DNA of 63,033 nt, filler included, from Folioceros fuciformis (lineage: Eukaryota), in NCBI GenBank assembly GCA_049999805.1. It is 6 parts of 6 records of this genome, joined end to end, with 100 filler letters (N's around TTAATTAATTAA, not from the genome) between each part and the next. Parts side by side here need not be neighbours in the genome. Positions count along the whole stretch, not along the records: positions 30,655 to 57,829 come from JBNGIO010001640.1; 5 more parts are not named here. One strand, 5' to 3'. The translations under genes and the position numbers were made by a program. The notes beneath the pieces are model-generated. The model was not told the DNA's origin and searched no databases. It saw only the letters and a list, made by a program, of their open reading frames with translations. Shown piece by piece: positions 41,001 through 52,053 of this stretch (within the stretch, counting starts at the first letter, position 1; every line of letters begins with the position of its first letter).

Positions 41001-41999
41001 GATGGTCTTGGCCAAAAGAATGTGGTGATGTGGAATTCCATGATAGCAGGATACTGCCAACAGGGCATGGGGCAGCAGGCGTTTGGTCTTTACAGGGCTA
41101 TGCAAGAAGAAGGCATGGTTACACCCAACTGTCACATTTGTCTGCCTGCTTCAGACTTGCGCCAGTGTCTCAGCTTTGCATCTTGGACGGCAGCTTCATG
41201 AGAATATCAAAACAGAAGGGCTTCAGGCTGATGTGCTCGTGGCTGGCTCTTTGTTAGACATGTATGGGAAGTGTGGAAGCATGGTGGATGCACGGCAGGT
41301 ATTCGATGCTTTGCCTGAAAGAGATGTTGTCACCTGGGGTGCCCTAATTTCCGGATACACCCGACAGGGAGACAGTGAAGAAGTCTTTGACTTGGTTGTC
41401 AGGATGGAACAAGACGGCATAGAGCCAGATGGTATCACGTTCTTGAGTCTACTGACAGTGTGCAGTCAAAGGGTCTCTTGAACAGGGGGCAAAAATACTT
41501 TGAGGCTATGAGCGAGTGCTATGGCATCACTCCCACCTTGGAGCACTACACGTGCATGGTGGATCTCCTGGGTCGTGCTGGGCATCTAAATGAGGCACTA
41601 GCCTTGGTAAAGTCAATGTCAGTAGCGCCAAATGCTGCAATCTGGCATGCTCTATTGGGTTCTTGTCGAAAGTGGAGTAATGTGGAGGTGGGATCCCATG
41701 CTTTCCATCAAGTGCTGAAGCTAGACAAGGAAGACGCTGCAGCTTATGTGTTGATGGCAAACATATACACCAGTGTACACATGTGGCAGGAGGCTCTGGA
41801 GGTGCAATCGCAGAGAAAACAAACGGGGGCTTGGAAGCAGCCAGGCCAGAGCTGGTGGACGGACAAGGATGGACTGGTCCACACGTTTTTGGTTGGGAAT
41901 ACGAGGCAGCTGGGGCCAAGGCAAGGACGAAACGGAGGGATTAGGGCTCCTTACGGCTCAATGGCCGTAGGTGAGCCTGGTTGCCTCATGACAGCCTAG
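38088..41999 (+). pseudogene. PLS-class PPR RNA-editing factor, DYW:WW-type PG box, truncated DYW, four frameshifts
   Basis: Intronless P-L-S triplets at ~312-nt period, then P2-L2-S2-E1-E2 and KQPGQSWWTD..VHTFLVG. No HxE/CxxC before the stop. Frame changes at ~38592, ~39632, ~41129 and ~41468. Confidence 0.85.
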
Positions 42000-42906
42000 C
42001 CCAAGGCTTCAAGGTGGTTATAGAGGCCATTGAGATGCATCCGGCACAGCTCTTTGTTCTAGCTGGGGACATCAATTTGCCGGAATCCTTACACTGGTAC
42101 CAGCTGTGCTTCAAGCACAAGCTCAACTTTTCCCGAGTATGAAGGTCCGAGGAAAGGCAGGTTCGTGTTCAACTATTCAGGGTTGCCTGGAATGTTCCGT
42201 TGTTGGATGGTGTTGTCAAGTTGCCTGACAACATGTATGATTTTGCAGCCATGCAAAATCAAGGTGGAAGGAAGCTTCTGCAAGGTTGTCAGCTGTTCTT
42301 GTGTGGCGACCGCAGTATGTACGCTCTGTAACTCTTATCAATTGCAAAATTCTGCTTACCAACAGCGTCATGTAGGTTATCTGCAATCGAGTCGTTTGGC
42401 GACTAGCTTTTACATCGCTCTGAATGTCTGCAGCATTTTGGGAGGAAACTGATACTCCGAAGGACAACCGTCAGCGCGTGCAACGTTGGAGACACAGAAG
42501 GCCATGAACATGGACGTGATTAAAGTTAGCATCATGAGGAGGACTCAGTGCAGGTGAAGTCAAGTGCTCGCAGACGGAACGAGACGTTACGGCATCCGCA
42601 TGTTGTAAAAGCAGCCTGCTGATGAATGTTCTTCGGTTGCATCTGATGGTCCTGAACCGAGGACGCCGAGACGAGCTCAGCTTTGCCCCTTCTTGCGACC
42701 AAGCTCTGTCGAGCCCATCGAGTTGTCACCGAATCCAACCGGAAGCTTTGAAGCGTTCCCAGTGGTTCCAGGGAGGAGAAAGCAACGCAATTTATTGAGT
42801 CGATCAAACACGTCCTCTTACAATACTCTAAGAATATACCTCTCGTCTCACACAGCTGGACGAAGTCTGTCGCGGAAAGGGAGGATCTTGAGACTGACCT
42901 CATCGG

Positions 42907-43332
42907 TCATGCACTACTTGGCTTGGGACTAATCCAAATTGGTGTCTGGATGCCCACGTTGTAGATGGCTATGGTAGCGTCATCAAGAACGACGAGCTCG
43001 AAGTTGGAATCATTCCTGTTGGTGTTGCTCGCCCACTTCACCGCGCCAGACCCATCGTAAATCACCAAGTTGCCATCCCGCTGCATATCGGCGTGGCAGC
43101 CGGTACCTGCCAGGTAAGTGTTGGAAGCCCACACCGCCTTGCTCAGCGGATACTTGTACAGCACCAGGTTGCAGTCCTGCTGCATAGTCAATCTGTAGAA
43201 ACCCGAGGCCGAGATGAGGGACACCTTGGGAGCCAAGCTGCCTGGGCTGAGCAGAGTGTCCGTCCCGCTTACTACCTGCAACATCAGAGGTAAGAAAAAG
43301 AGCCACATCGCCCAGACTTCCATTCCGCTCAT
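42907..43332 (-). CDS. Secreted GNA-type (bulb/B-type) mannose-binding lectin
   Basis: Signal peptide; QQDCNLVLY and QRDGNLVIY match the QxDxNxVxY motif; WASNT repeats; single exon, 141 aa. Confidence 0.92.
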   Translation of the reverse strand: MSGMEVWAMWLFFLPLMLQVVSGTDTLLSPGSLAPKVSLISASGFYRLTMQQDCNLVLYKYPLSKAVWASNTYLAGTGCHADMQRDGNLVIYDGSGAVKWASNTNRNDSNFELVVLDDATIAIYNVGIQTPIWISPKPSSA

Positions 43333-43691
43333 CCACTCCTAGTGAGTGGAGCTCCAATTGTAGACGCTCTAGAAGGCAGACAGACGCGAAGGAATCGCGG
43401 ACGGCAAGAGAATGTGATGCCTGTCTGACGTTTGCAACATGTCAATGACATCGGAATTGGCTCTGCAGGTGAGAAACCGAACTGGCTCCAACCTTTCGTT
43501 CTTCTGGTTGGAGTGAATTTTTTTGTTGAATTCTCCGTCGTCGATGAATTCTCGTATAGTCATCGACCAATTCTCTGTGACTCGGATCATCGACGTCCGA
43601 AGAGAAGCAGACAGTCGGAACAAGTGAGGTGGGCCATCCAATAGACAGACTATGTGAACAAGCACCTGGAACAACCACGAGCTTAGAGGAA

Positions 43692-43770
43692 TGCAATGAA
43701 GTACCTCCAGAAAGGAACGCAATGAAGTACCTGCAGAAAGGAACGCAATGAAGTAACCCCAGAAAGGAAC
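43692..43770. repeat. ~26-bp tandem repeat x3
   Basis: GCAATGAAGTACCTCCAGAAAGGAAC and variants. Confidence 0.8.
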
Positions 43771-43789
43771 GATCAGGGCACCACATGTC

Positions 43790-44000
43790 ACCACATTCTT
43801 TGTGGCACCAGATCTCTTGTATTCATGCCGACAATACCTGGCGGGCGTCCTTCACTTCACCACACTTTGCATACCCAGCGATCAGCGCCCCCCATGTCAC
43901 CAAATCCTTCTTGGCCATGCTTTCCAAAATCCTAGCGTGCACTGCCAGTTCCCCACATTCTGTATACATGCCTTCCAGGACGTTGCCAACAAACAAGCCA
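43790..44000 (-). pseudogene. Degenerate PLS-PPR fragment
   Basis: LFVGNVLEGMYTECGEL...KDLVTWGALIAGYAKCGEVKDARQV resembles S/SS motifs, but the frame is short and broken. Confidence 0.7.
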
Positions 44001-44757
44001 GTGGGAGTCATCAATGATGGCACACCACGACCCACCAATGATCCACCTCTTTTTGACCGCCAGTACATCTTGGAAGCAACACAGGCAGAGAGAGAGGCTG
44101 CCGGAACTGCACTCACATTCACAGAACGTGACAAGGACATGCCCTCTAGTCCAACAGAATCGTTTCATCTACCACCTTCCACAGCGGAAGACGCAAGTTT
44201 GGCGGATCAATTGCTCTCCTCATGTGGGTAAGTGGTGAGAGGAGCCCCATATCAGGACGGCCGAAATTGGCCTTCGCCATGAATGCCCATCACATCCTGC
44301 TGCATTGCTACTTTTCTTTAAGCTCGTTCAAGCATGTTGGCTATGCCATCGTCAGGTAAGCTCAAAGCGATTGAGCTGATGGAATTCCTCATGTGTGATC
44401 GTCGGGAACACGGCTGTGTGGAGAAGCTGGCTGCTGACATGTGCCCATTTACTGCATTCCCTCAAAACATCTCTCGGCAGCATCCCTGCTGCAGGGTCTA
44501 GTCAGTTGCCGAGTGCGTAGTACGGGGCTTCAAGGTCACCACATGTTCCTCGTTCCGCTTGGCCGCCTTCCTCGCCTCGTCCATTGATGTGCTAGCCCGT
44601 GGCCATGAGCTTTGAAAGCCCTTTACGTTTACTAACTACCTAACTAACTGATCGAATGCTGAGATTGAGGGCTTCGTTAGACACGCTCTAGGTCTTCCGA
44701 TCTCCGTCTTTCAGAATTACTGCGTACCACGCCCGGGGCTTGTCACAGTGGACCACC

Positions 44758-46608
44758 ATGGACCAGGAGGAGGGCAGCCAGGACGTGAAGCTGGTGCTGG
44801 GCCACAAGCTCTTCCTTCTCCGATCACGCGATGTGCCCGACATCGAGAAGGTTCAGCTCAAGGAGGATGCCCTGGCGATCATCTTTGCCGACGGTGGGTG
44901 CGGGTATGCTGTGCGGGGTTGATCGTTTCCAGGGCGGTCTGGGGAGGCGGAATGAAATCACGGAGTGTACGCTGATGTGGCTGCAGATATGGTTTCGCTC
45001 TACGAGAGCCTCAGCGGTGAGCTTGGATGGGAGGTGGACCAGGCTCGTGTCAGCGCTATGCATGCCAGAATTGAGGAGGAAGTGAAGAAACTGGATGAAA
45101 AGCAAGTGTTGTTTCTCGTCTGGGGCGTCTTTTGCTCGCCAGTGGTGAAGCGAGCTGACCCGGCATTGTTGTGTGTGCAGGATTGCCGATGCGGAAGAGA
45201 ACTTGGGGGAAAGCGACGTTCGGGATGCGTTGCTTGCGAAGGCACTTTGTTATCTTCGGATTGGTGATAAGGTGCCTGCTGTTGTGTGTGGTTGAGGCTC
45301 TTGGTGTGGTTTGGCACGTCCAGAGAACCTGACGATTGGGTTTGGTCTGTTGGTGTGTTTTTGTCCAGGAGAAATCCCTGGAACAACTGAAAGTCACAGA
45401 AGCCAAGACCGTGGCTGTTGGTCAGAAGATGGACCTTGTGTTTCATACTCTCAGGCTGGGGTTTTTCCTCTTGGATTTTGATTTGATCTCCAAGAACATT
45501 GACAAAGCTAAAAGGTAAGATTTGTTTTTGCGTAACAGGCTGTTGTAACCATGGTACCTCGTGAAGCGCGACTCTTAAATGTGTTCTACTGTCTGTAGCT
45601 TGTTCGAAGAAGGTGGAGACTGGGAGCGAAAGAATAGGTTAAAGGTCTACGAGGGCCTATTTGCCATGGCCACAAGAAATTTCAAGGGAGCTGCCCAGCT
45701 GTTTCTTGATTCGATCTCTACCTTCACGACCTATGAACTTTTCTCATACGACACCTTCATTTTCTACACTGTCCTTACAAGCATAATCTCGCTTGACAGA
45801 GTATCCCTGAAGCAACAGGTACTGCGTTACCCTCTTGCATGCCGTGGAGGGTTCTTTGTTTCCAGTTTTGTATGCTAGTTTCAAACTTGTAACACTGTCC
45901 GACAGGTGGTGGATGCCCCAGAGATCTTGGCGGTTATCGGCAAGATTCCTAATCTCGCCGACTTCTTGAATTCTTTGTATGGCTGTCAGTACAAGACGTT
46001 CTTCATTGCCTTTGGTAAGGGCAGTCTTACAGCGTCGCCCCTGATTTTCTATGTTGGCCAACCAGATAAACTGAGCATCATGACGTAAAAATATTTGATT
46101 TAGTTCACCGTGAATCTGGACGTGGTGATGTGTTCCAGCCAATTTGACAGACTCAATCCGGTTGGATCGGTTTCTCTACCCACATTTCCGATACTACATG
46201 CGAGAAGTCCGGATGGTGGCCTACTCTCAATTTTTGGAAGCATACAAAAGTGTGACTTTGGAGGCTATGTCAAGAGCCTTCGGCGTCAGCATGGACTTTC
46301 TGGACATGTAAGTCAGGCGGGAGCTGGGGTGTTTTGCCTTACTCTTGCTTGCTTGCCTGCCTATCCACGTTACTTTGTAGCGCTGCTGTCCAGCGCCACA
46401 CGCACTGATAATCTGCTGTTACTACTGCTGCAGGGAATTGTCACGTTTCATAGCTTCGGGTAGGCTCAGCTGCAAGATTGATAAGGTAGCTGGTGTGCTA
46501 GAGACTAATAGACCTGATGCAAAGAATGCACTGTATCAGGCTACCATCAAGCAAGGCGATTTTTTGCTGAACCGCATCCAAAAGTTATCCAAAGTAATAG
46601 ATCTGTGA
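44758..46608 (+). CDS. RPN7: 26S proteasome non-ATPase regulatory subunit 6 (RPN7)
   Basis: Exons [49 protein letters not shown] and [30 protein letters not shown]...KVIDL*. Confidence 0.96.
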
Positions 46609-47190
46609 GATTTGCCTCCTTCATCTGGAAAAGTGGTGATTGTCTTCTATGCTTTGTGACGAGTTGATAACGCATGAAGTACTGAGGTTGAGCGCCAAAC
46701 AAATGGGCTGTAACCTAATTTTCATTGCGGAGAGCTCTGCGCTTCTTGCTTTGCGGCGTGGATTGTGTTGTCTCCATGTCCGCCAGTTGAATCGCGACAC
46801 ACTTTCTGCTGTTATAGGTTCCTCACACGCAACTCTAGCTCTAGGACCAGCAGCGGTTTGTACATGAGAATCAATCGCTGAGCGAGAAGCGACGAACCTA
46901 TCCCTGTCCCCAAGCAAGAGCGGAGGGTTATATAAACTAGATCAGCCTAGGAACAGAGGAACCAGCTTGTTGCGTACGCCGATGCTGACTCGAGGCATGA
47001 ATAAGATATGAACTCCTTTCTTTCTTAATTTCTTTTTGATCTCTCTCCGGGTACAAAGTTGGATACATACTTGCATAGTTGCGTTGATTTTCTCAGCTCT
47101 CATCGTGAAACACAGGCGAAGGTCTTAGATCTACCTTGGTTCAGCTGTAAATTCCTCTAGGATTGGTTCCAACCGCGGTCCTTGAGGAAG

Positions 47191-49716
47191 ATGCCCATAG
47201 TGTGGCAACCGGACCCGTTGCGGATCCAACAAGTTGGTTTGTGTACAAGGATTGCACAGGGAGCTCCTGCTCACCTCCTCATCTGGAGTCAACCTCTGGT
47301 AAACAGAACCTGTAGGTATGGCAGTGTAGAAGGCCCAGCTCTTCCACTTCCGAGAAACTGGCTGGGTAGAGACGCGTTTTCCAACGATGGTGGTTGCCAG
47401 GAGCCCTTGTGCCAACATCATTTTCCTCCCACCACAAGAGATAAGAAGAGCGCTCGTTTGCCTGACTTCCTGCGTAAGCCGGAACAGCTCGCTTCCTTGG
47501 GTGCACAGATGCGCTATGATGCCTCTTCCGACTCCAGCTCTTCGAATAAGCCTAAATCTGGCAGGCATGAAGGATTGAGACTGGGTGTCGTGACGGGTGA
47601 AACGGTGAGCACATTATGTCAACAGGGGAAGCTTCCTGAGGCCGTTGAGGCCCTGGAAGCTCTGGCAGAGGCAGACTTTGCCATTTCTCAGTCTCTGTTT
47701 TACACTGTGCTTAAACTGTGTACAGCTAAGAGGGATCTTGTTGTGGGGCGACGAGTGCATGATCTGAGTGTCAAACTTGGGTACGAGTCGAATGCATTCT
47801 TGGGGAACCATATCTTGCGCATGTATGCTTGTGGAGGTAGGCTAGAGGAGGCCATGGATGTGCTCACCAGGGTGGCCTACCCAAACGCATTCATGTGGTT
47901 TTCCATGATCTCCGCGTATGCTAAACATGGGCAGCCTGAGGTGGCCGTACGACTGTATCATGAGATGCGGATGTCTGGGGTGAAGGCGGATGCTCACGTC
48001 TTCGTGGCTGCCCTTCAGGCTTGTGCATTTGCTGGTGACTTGAAATCTGGCAGAACAGTGCACTGGGATGTGTTGCACAGTGGCATTCCTCCTGACCTGT
48101 TTGTTGGCACCGGCCTTGTGGACATGTATGCGAAATGTGGTGAACTGGAAGATGCACGCCACGTTTTTGACAGCTTGGCCACGAAGAATGTTGCGACATG
48201 GAATGCCCTGATAGCTGGATATTCCCAGCAAGGTCTTGGACAGGAGGCGCTTGTTGTGTATGGACAAATGGAGCAGGATGGGTGGGTTGTGTGTAACCAT
48301 GTTACGTTTTCTTGCCTTCTGAAGGCCTGTGCAAGCAGCGGTGCCTTACAGAATGGGAGGCAGCTGCACTCTCAGATTGTCCAAAGAGGGCTGCTGGATA
48401 ATGTAGTGCTTGGAACCTGCCTGGTGGACATGTATGCGAAATGCGGTGAACTGGAAGATGCACGCCATGTTTTTGACTGTATGTCCGCAAAGAATGTGGT
48501 GACCTGGAATGCCCTGATTGCCGGATACGCACAGCAAGGTCTCGGGCAAGAGGCGCTGCTTGTGTGTGGACAAATGGAGAAGGAGGGCCTCAGTGTGCCT
48601 GACGATGTTACATTTTCTTGCCTTCTGAAGGCCTGTGGAAACACTGGTGCCATACAGAAGGGCAGGCAGCTGCACTCGCAGATTGTTGAAAGAGGACTGC
48701 TGGATAACGTAGTGTTGGGCAACTGCCTGGTGGACATGTATGCAAAATGTGGTGAAATGGACGATGCACGCCAGGTTTTTAACAGCATGAATACAAAGGA
48801 TGTTGTGACATGGACCGCCCTGATATCTGGGTACGGTACTTGTGATGAAGGTCACAGGGCTCTAGCTTGTTTTGAGGAGATGTTAGTTGCTGGTATTCAG
48901 CCTAATGATGCTACTTTTACCTGCCTTTTGGTGGCATGCAGTCATGCGGGACTGGTACACGAGGGTCGCAAGCACTTTGGCTCCATGGCTGAACAGCATG
49001 GCATCAACCCTTCTGTAGACCATTACGTTTGCATGATTGATCTTCTTGGGCGTGCCGGCCATTTAGATGACGCAGAGAAGATGCTATTATCATGCGAAGG
49101 CCAAAGTAGTGTTGTAGGCCTGAGGTCTCTGTTGAATGCCTGCAAAAGCCACGGGGATATAAAGAGGGCAACGTGGTGTTTTGACAGCATTGTTAGGCTG
49201 GACCCCCAAGATGCGCCGGCATATGTGCTCATGGCAAATGCCTATGCAGATGCAGGTAGGTGGACCGATGTAGGCAGGATTGAAACACAGAGAAGGGTAG
49301 CAGGAGCCAACAAGAAGCCTGCAGTAGTGACCATTGAGGTGAACAAGAAAATACATAAATTTGTGGTGGGAGAAATGAAGGAGGATATTGCTCTTAATCT
49401 GGAGAGCATGAATGCACGACTGAAACAAGAAGGAGGCCACGTACCTCACACAAAGTTGGTGTTGAGGGCACTGTGCGAGAAGGAAAAGGAGGATGTCCTT
49501 TGTGGGCATGCTGAAAAGCTAGCTCTGGCGTTTGGTCTCTTGAACACTCCAAGTGGGACACCTCTGGTGGTAACCAAGAATCTACGCATGTGCACTGACT
49601 GCCACAGTTCCACGGAAATCATGTCAAGGCTCGAACGAAGAGAAGTTGTTGTAAGGGATGGGTACCGTGTGCATCGATTCGCAGCCGGCTGTTGTAGCTG
49701 CAAGGGGCGGCCGTGA
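47191..49716 (+). CDS. PLS-class PPR protein with DYW:KP (GRP-ending) domain; candidate U-to-C RNA-editing factor
   Basis: Intact intronless ORF with L-S-(P-L-S)x3-P2-L2-S2-E1-E2, then KKPAVVTIEV, LCGHAEKLALAFGL, KNLRMCTDCH and RDGYRVHRF..CSCKGRP*. First in-frame ATG is 47191; the actual start may be downstream. Confidence 0.93.
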   Translation: MPIVWQPDPLRIQQVGLCTRIAQGAPAHLLIWSQPLVNRTCRYGSVEGPALPLPRNWLGRDAFSNDGGCQEPLCQHHFPPTTRDKKSARLPDFLRKPEQLASLGAQMRYDASSDSSSSNKPKSGRHEGLRLGVVTGETVSTLCQQGKLPEAVEALEALAEADFAISQSLFYTVLKLCTAKRDLVVGRRVHDLSVKLGYESNAFLGNHILRMYACGGRLEEAMDVLTRVAYPNAFMWFSMISAYAKHGQPEVAVRLYHEMRMSGVKADAHVFVAALQACAFAGDLKSGRTVHWDVLHSGIPPDLFVGTGLVDMYAKCGELEDARHVFDSLATKNVATWNALIAGYSQQGLGQEALVVYGQMEQDGWVVCNHVTFSCLLKACASSGALQNGRQLHSQIVQRGLLDNVVLGTCLVDMYAKCGELEDARHVFDCMSAKNVVTWNALIAGYAQQGLGQEALLVCGQMEKEGLSVPDDVTFSCLLKACGNTGAIQKGRQLHSQIVERGLLDNVVLGNCLVDMYAKCGEMDDARQVFNSMNTKDVVTWTALISGYGTCDEGHRALACFEEMLVAGIQPNDATFTCLLVACSHAGLVHEGRKHFGSMAEQHGINPSVDHYVCMIDLLGRAGHLDDAEKMLLSCEGQSSVVGLRSLLNACKSHGDIKRATWCFDSIVRLDPQDAPAYVLMANAYADAGRWTDVGRIETQRRVAGANKKPAVVTIEVNKKIHKFVVGEMKEDIALNLESMNARLKQEGGHVPHTKLVLRALCEKEKEDVLCGHAEKLALAFGLLNTPSGTPLVVTKNLRMCTDCHSSTEIMSRLERREVVVRDGYRVHRFAAGCCSCKGRP

Positions 49717-50498
49717 CAACAATGGGGAGTAGCCAGTGTCCAAATGTGTACGCAAGGGAATCTGAAACTATCACGGTTCGAGAAATGCACAGCAAGGCTT
49801 CAATGAACGTCCGCGTCCGGTAGGCCTTCTCTCGAGATTTCTGGAGGCCTGACTGAGCCTCCAGATACCGTGTTAGCGGCTGTCGATGCGAACGTTTTTC
49901 TTGAAAGCTTTTTCAGGGCAAGGGCTATCAGGTGGAGACCTTGGAGGCCTGTCTCGCTCGCTTGTGGAACAAACCTCCAGCTCCACACAGAGATCCTGCA
50001 TGGAGCTTACAGCAGTTGTCTGATCAAGAGTGGTGACAGGTTCTACAGCCGACGTCTCACATTGCCCACAACAGCAGCATCCTGTCTACAGATACAAATT
50101 CGTGCCGATGGATTCTCTCGAAAAGAGTCCGATAGGATGGTGACCATGTTCAAGACCTGAAGGGGTCGGAGTGGCGGATGTCCAGTTGGCCATAGCACAG
50201 AGCCTCAACAGGCTGTCAGACGGGATAACGGCGGAAAGTGGATATTGCACGAACTAACAGGCGCCGTCCATATTGACGTCGACTACTTAGACGCCGTCTG
50301 AACCGGGGCCGCTTGAAAAGAAGGTACATATATATGTAATGAAGGAATTTAATGCAATTTGCTAGATGGAAATGAACGTGGCCAAGAGTCGCGTCCAGGT
50401 GAAGGAGATGGCGAGGAGAAAAGCGTGACTGTCTACATAAAATCCAGAATTGAGGAATCAGAACCAGAGTAGGAACTGGACCAGGAGAAGCCATAGCG

Positions 50499-52053
50499 AT
50501 GGCGGCGGCGGCCCTTCTGGAGGACGCCGAATGGCACTCCTCTTTGCTCAAGAATCTCTACTACGCGCTGGGCTGGTTTGCATTTGCGGTCTGGTCCATC
50601 AGCTTTTATCCCCAGGTTCTGCTCAACTACCGCCGCAAAAGGTGATTCTCGTTGTTGTTGTTGCCGGGATGCCCCGCCTCCCGTCACTAGATGTGCATTC
50701 GGTTGGTGACTGATTCAGTGGAAGCTGATGAGTGTGGCAGTGTGGTTGGGCTCAATTTCGACTTTTTATTTCTCAATTTCACCAAGCACACATCCTATCT
50801 GGTGTACAACGTGCTGCTCTACTACAACCCTGTTGTGCAAAGTCAGTACCGGGAGAAGTTTGGAGAATCTGAGGTGCAGGCGTGCATGCAATTGAACCCT
50901 GTCGTAGGAAGCTACTGCTTTCCCGGATTTGTTGTGAGGGTTTCACTCGGTTGGGCTGGATCGGACTGATGTGGTCATGGTTGCCAAACAGCTCATCCCG
51001 GTAGCGCCAAGTGATGTTGCTTTCTCCGTCCATGCAGTGCTGCTTACCAGCATCACTATTGCGCAGATCTATATTTATGAGGTGCAGTGGAGTGGAGGTC
51101 ATGTGTTTAATTTCTCGTTCTTGCAATAGTGTGCTGCCTTGCTGAGTTGTGCTGCAGCTTGTTTTGTAGAGAGGAGCTCAAAAAATATCTCTGCCTGGTA
51201 TTGCCATCACCGTAGCAGCTTGGGGGGCAGCACTTATTTTGGTGATTGTCTCCTGGGCTAAGGGACAGTGGCTTTGGATTGCTCTAGGGTTCAAGTAAGA
51301 ACTCTCTGCAGAAGGATGAGCGGATGCTGTCTCACTTATTCCTGCTTACGTGTTTGCTGAAGCATTTGTCTGGGTTTGATATTGCAGTATCATACAAGTT
51401 ACCATGACAGCAATCAAGTATATACCTCAGGTACAGAGCCGTCGCGCATGTTACACCAACTTAAAAACAAAGATGGCGGATCCGACATTGTCTGACGGAT
51501 AATTTTTGTCTTGATGCACAGGCATGGTACAATTACGTGAGAAAGAGTACTGTGGGCTGGAGTATTGGAAACATTCTACTGGACATTTCTGGTGGCCTGG
51601 CCAGTCTCGTGCAGATGAGCGTTCAGTCCATTGATCAGAGTATGGAGCCTCAGCTGTCATGCCCTGCTCTTGTTGACTATCCCAACTGGGTTTTCCAACC
51701 ATAGATTGTATTACCTACTGGAATGGTGTCTGCAGAATCGTGGGTGAATTTCACAGGGAATGTGGGAAAATTGGGTTTATCTTTGGTGAGTAGTATCTGG
51801 AACGATGTGCGTTGCTACGTTACTCTCTCCTCTTGAGCCTAACTGAATCACTGCTCGTGTGCAGGAAACGGTTGTGTTTGATATCCTCTTCATTATTCAG
51901 CACTACGTGCTGTACCGTCAGAGAGCCGGGGACGACTCCTACCATGCTATCGGGGATCCCGAATCAGAGGTTGGAAAGCCACAGGGTCATGAGCACCATG
52001 AAAATCCATTCGTTTCTCAAGACGGTCACCCTGCACCCGGGCAAAATCCTTGA
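50499..52053 (+). CDS. CTNS: Cystinosin homolog (PQ-loop lysosomal/vacuolar transporter)
   Basis: [51 protein letters not shown] and [13 protein letters not shown]. Confidence 0.95.
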
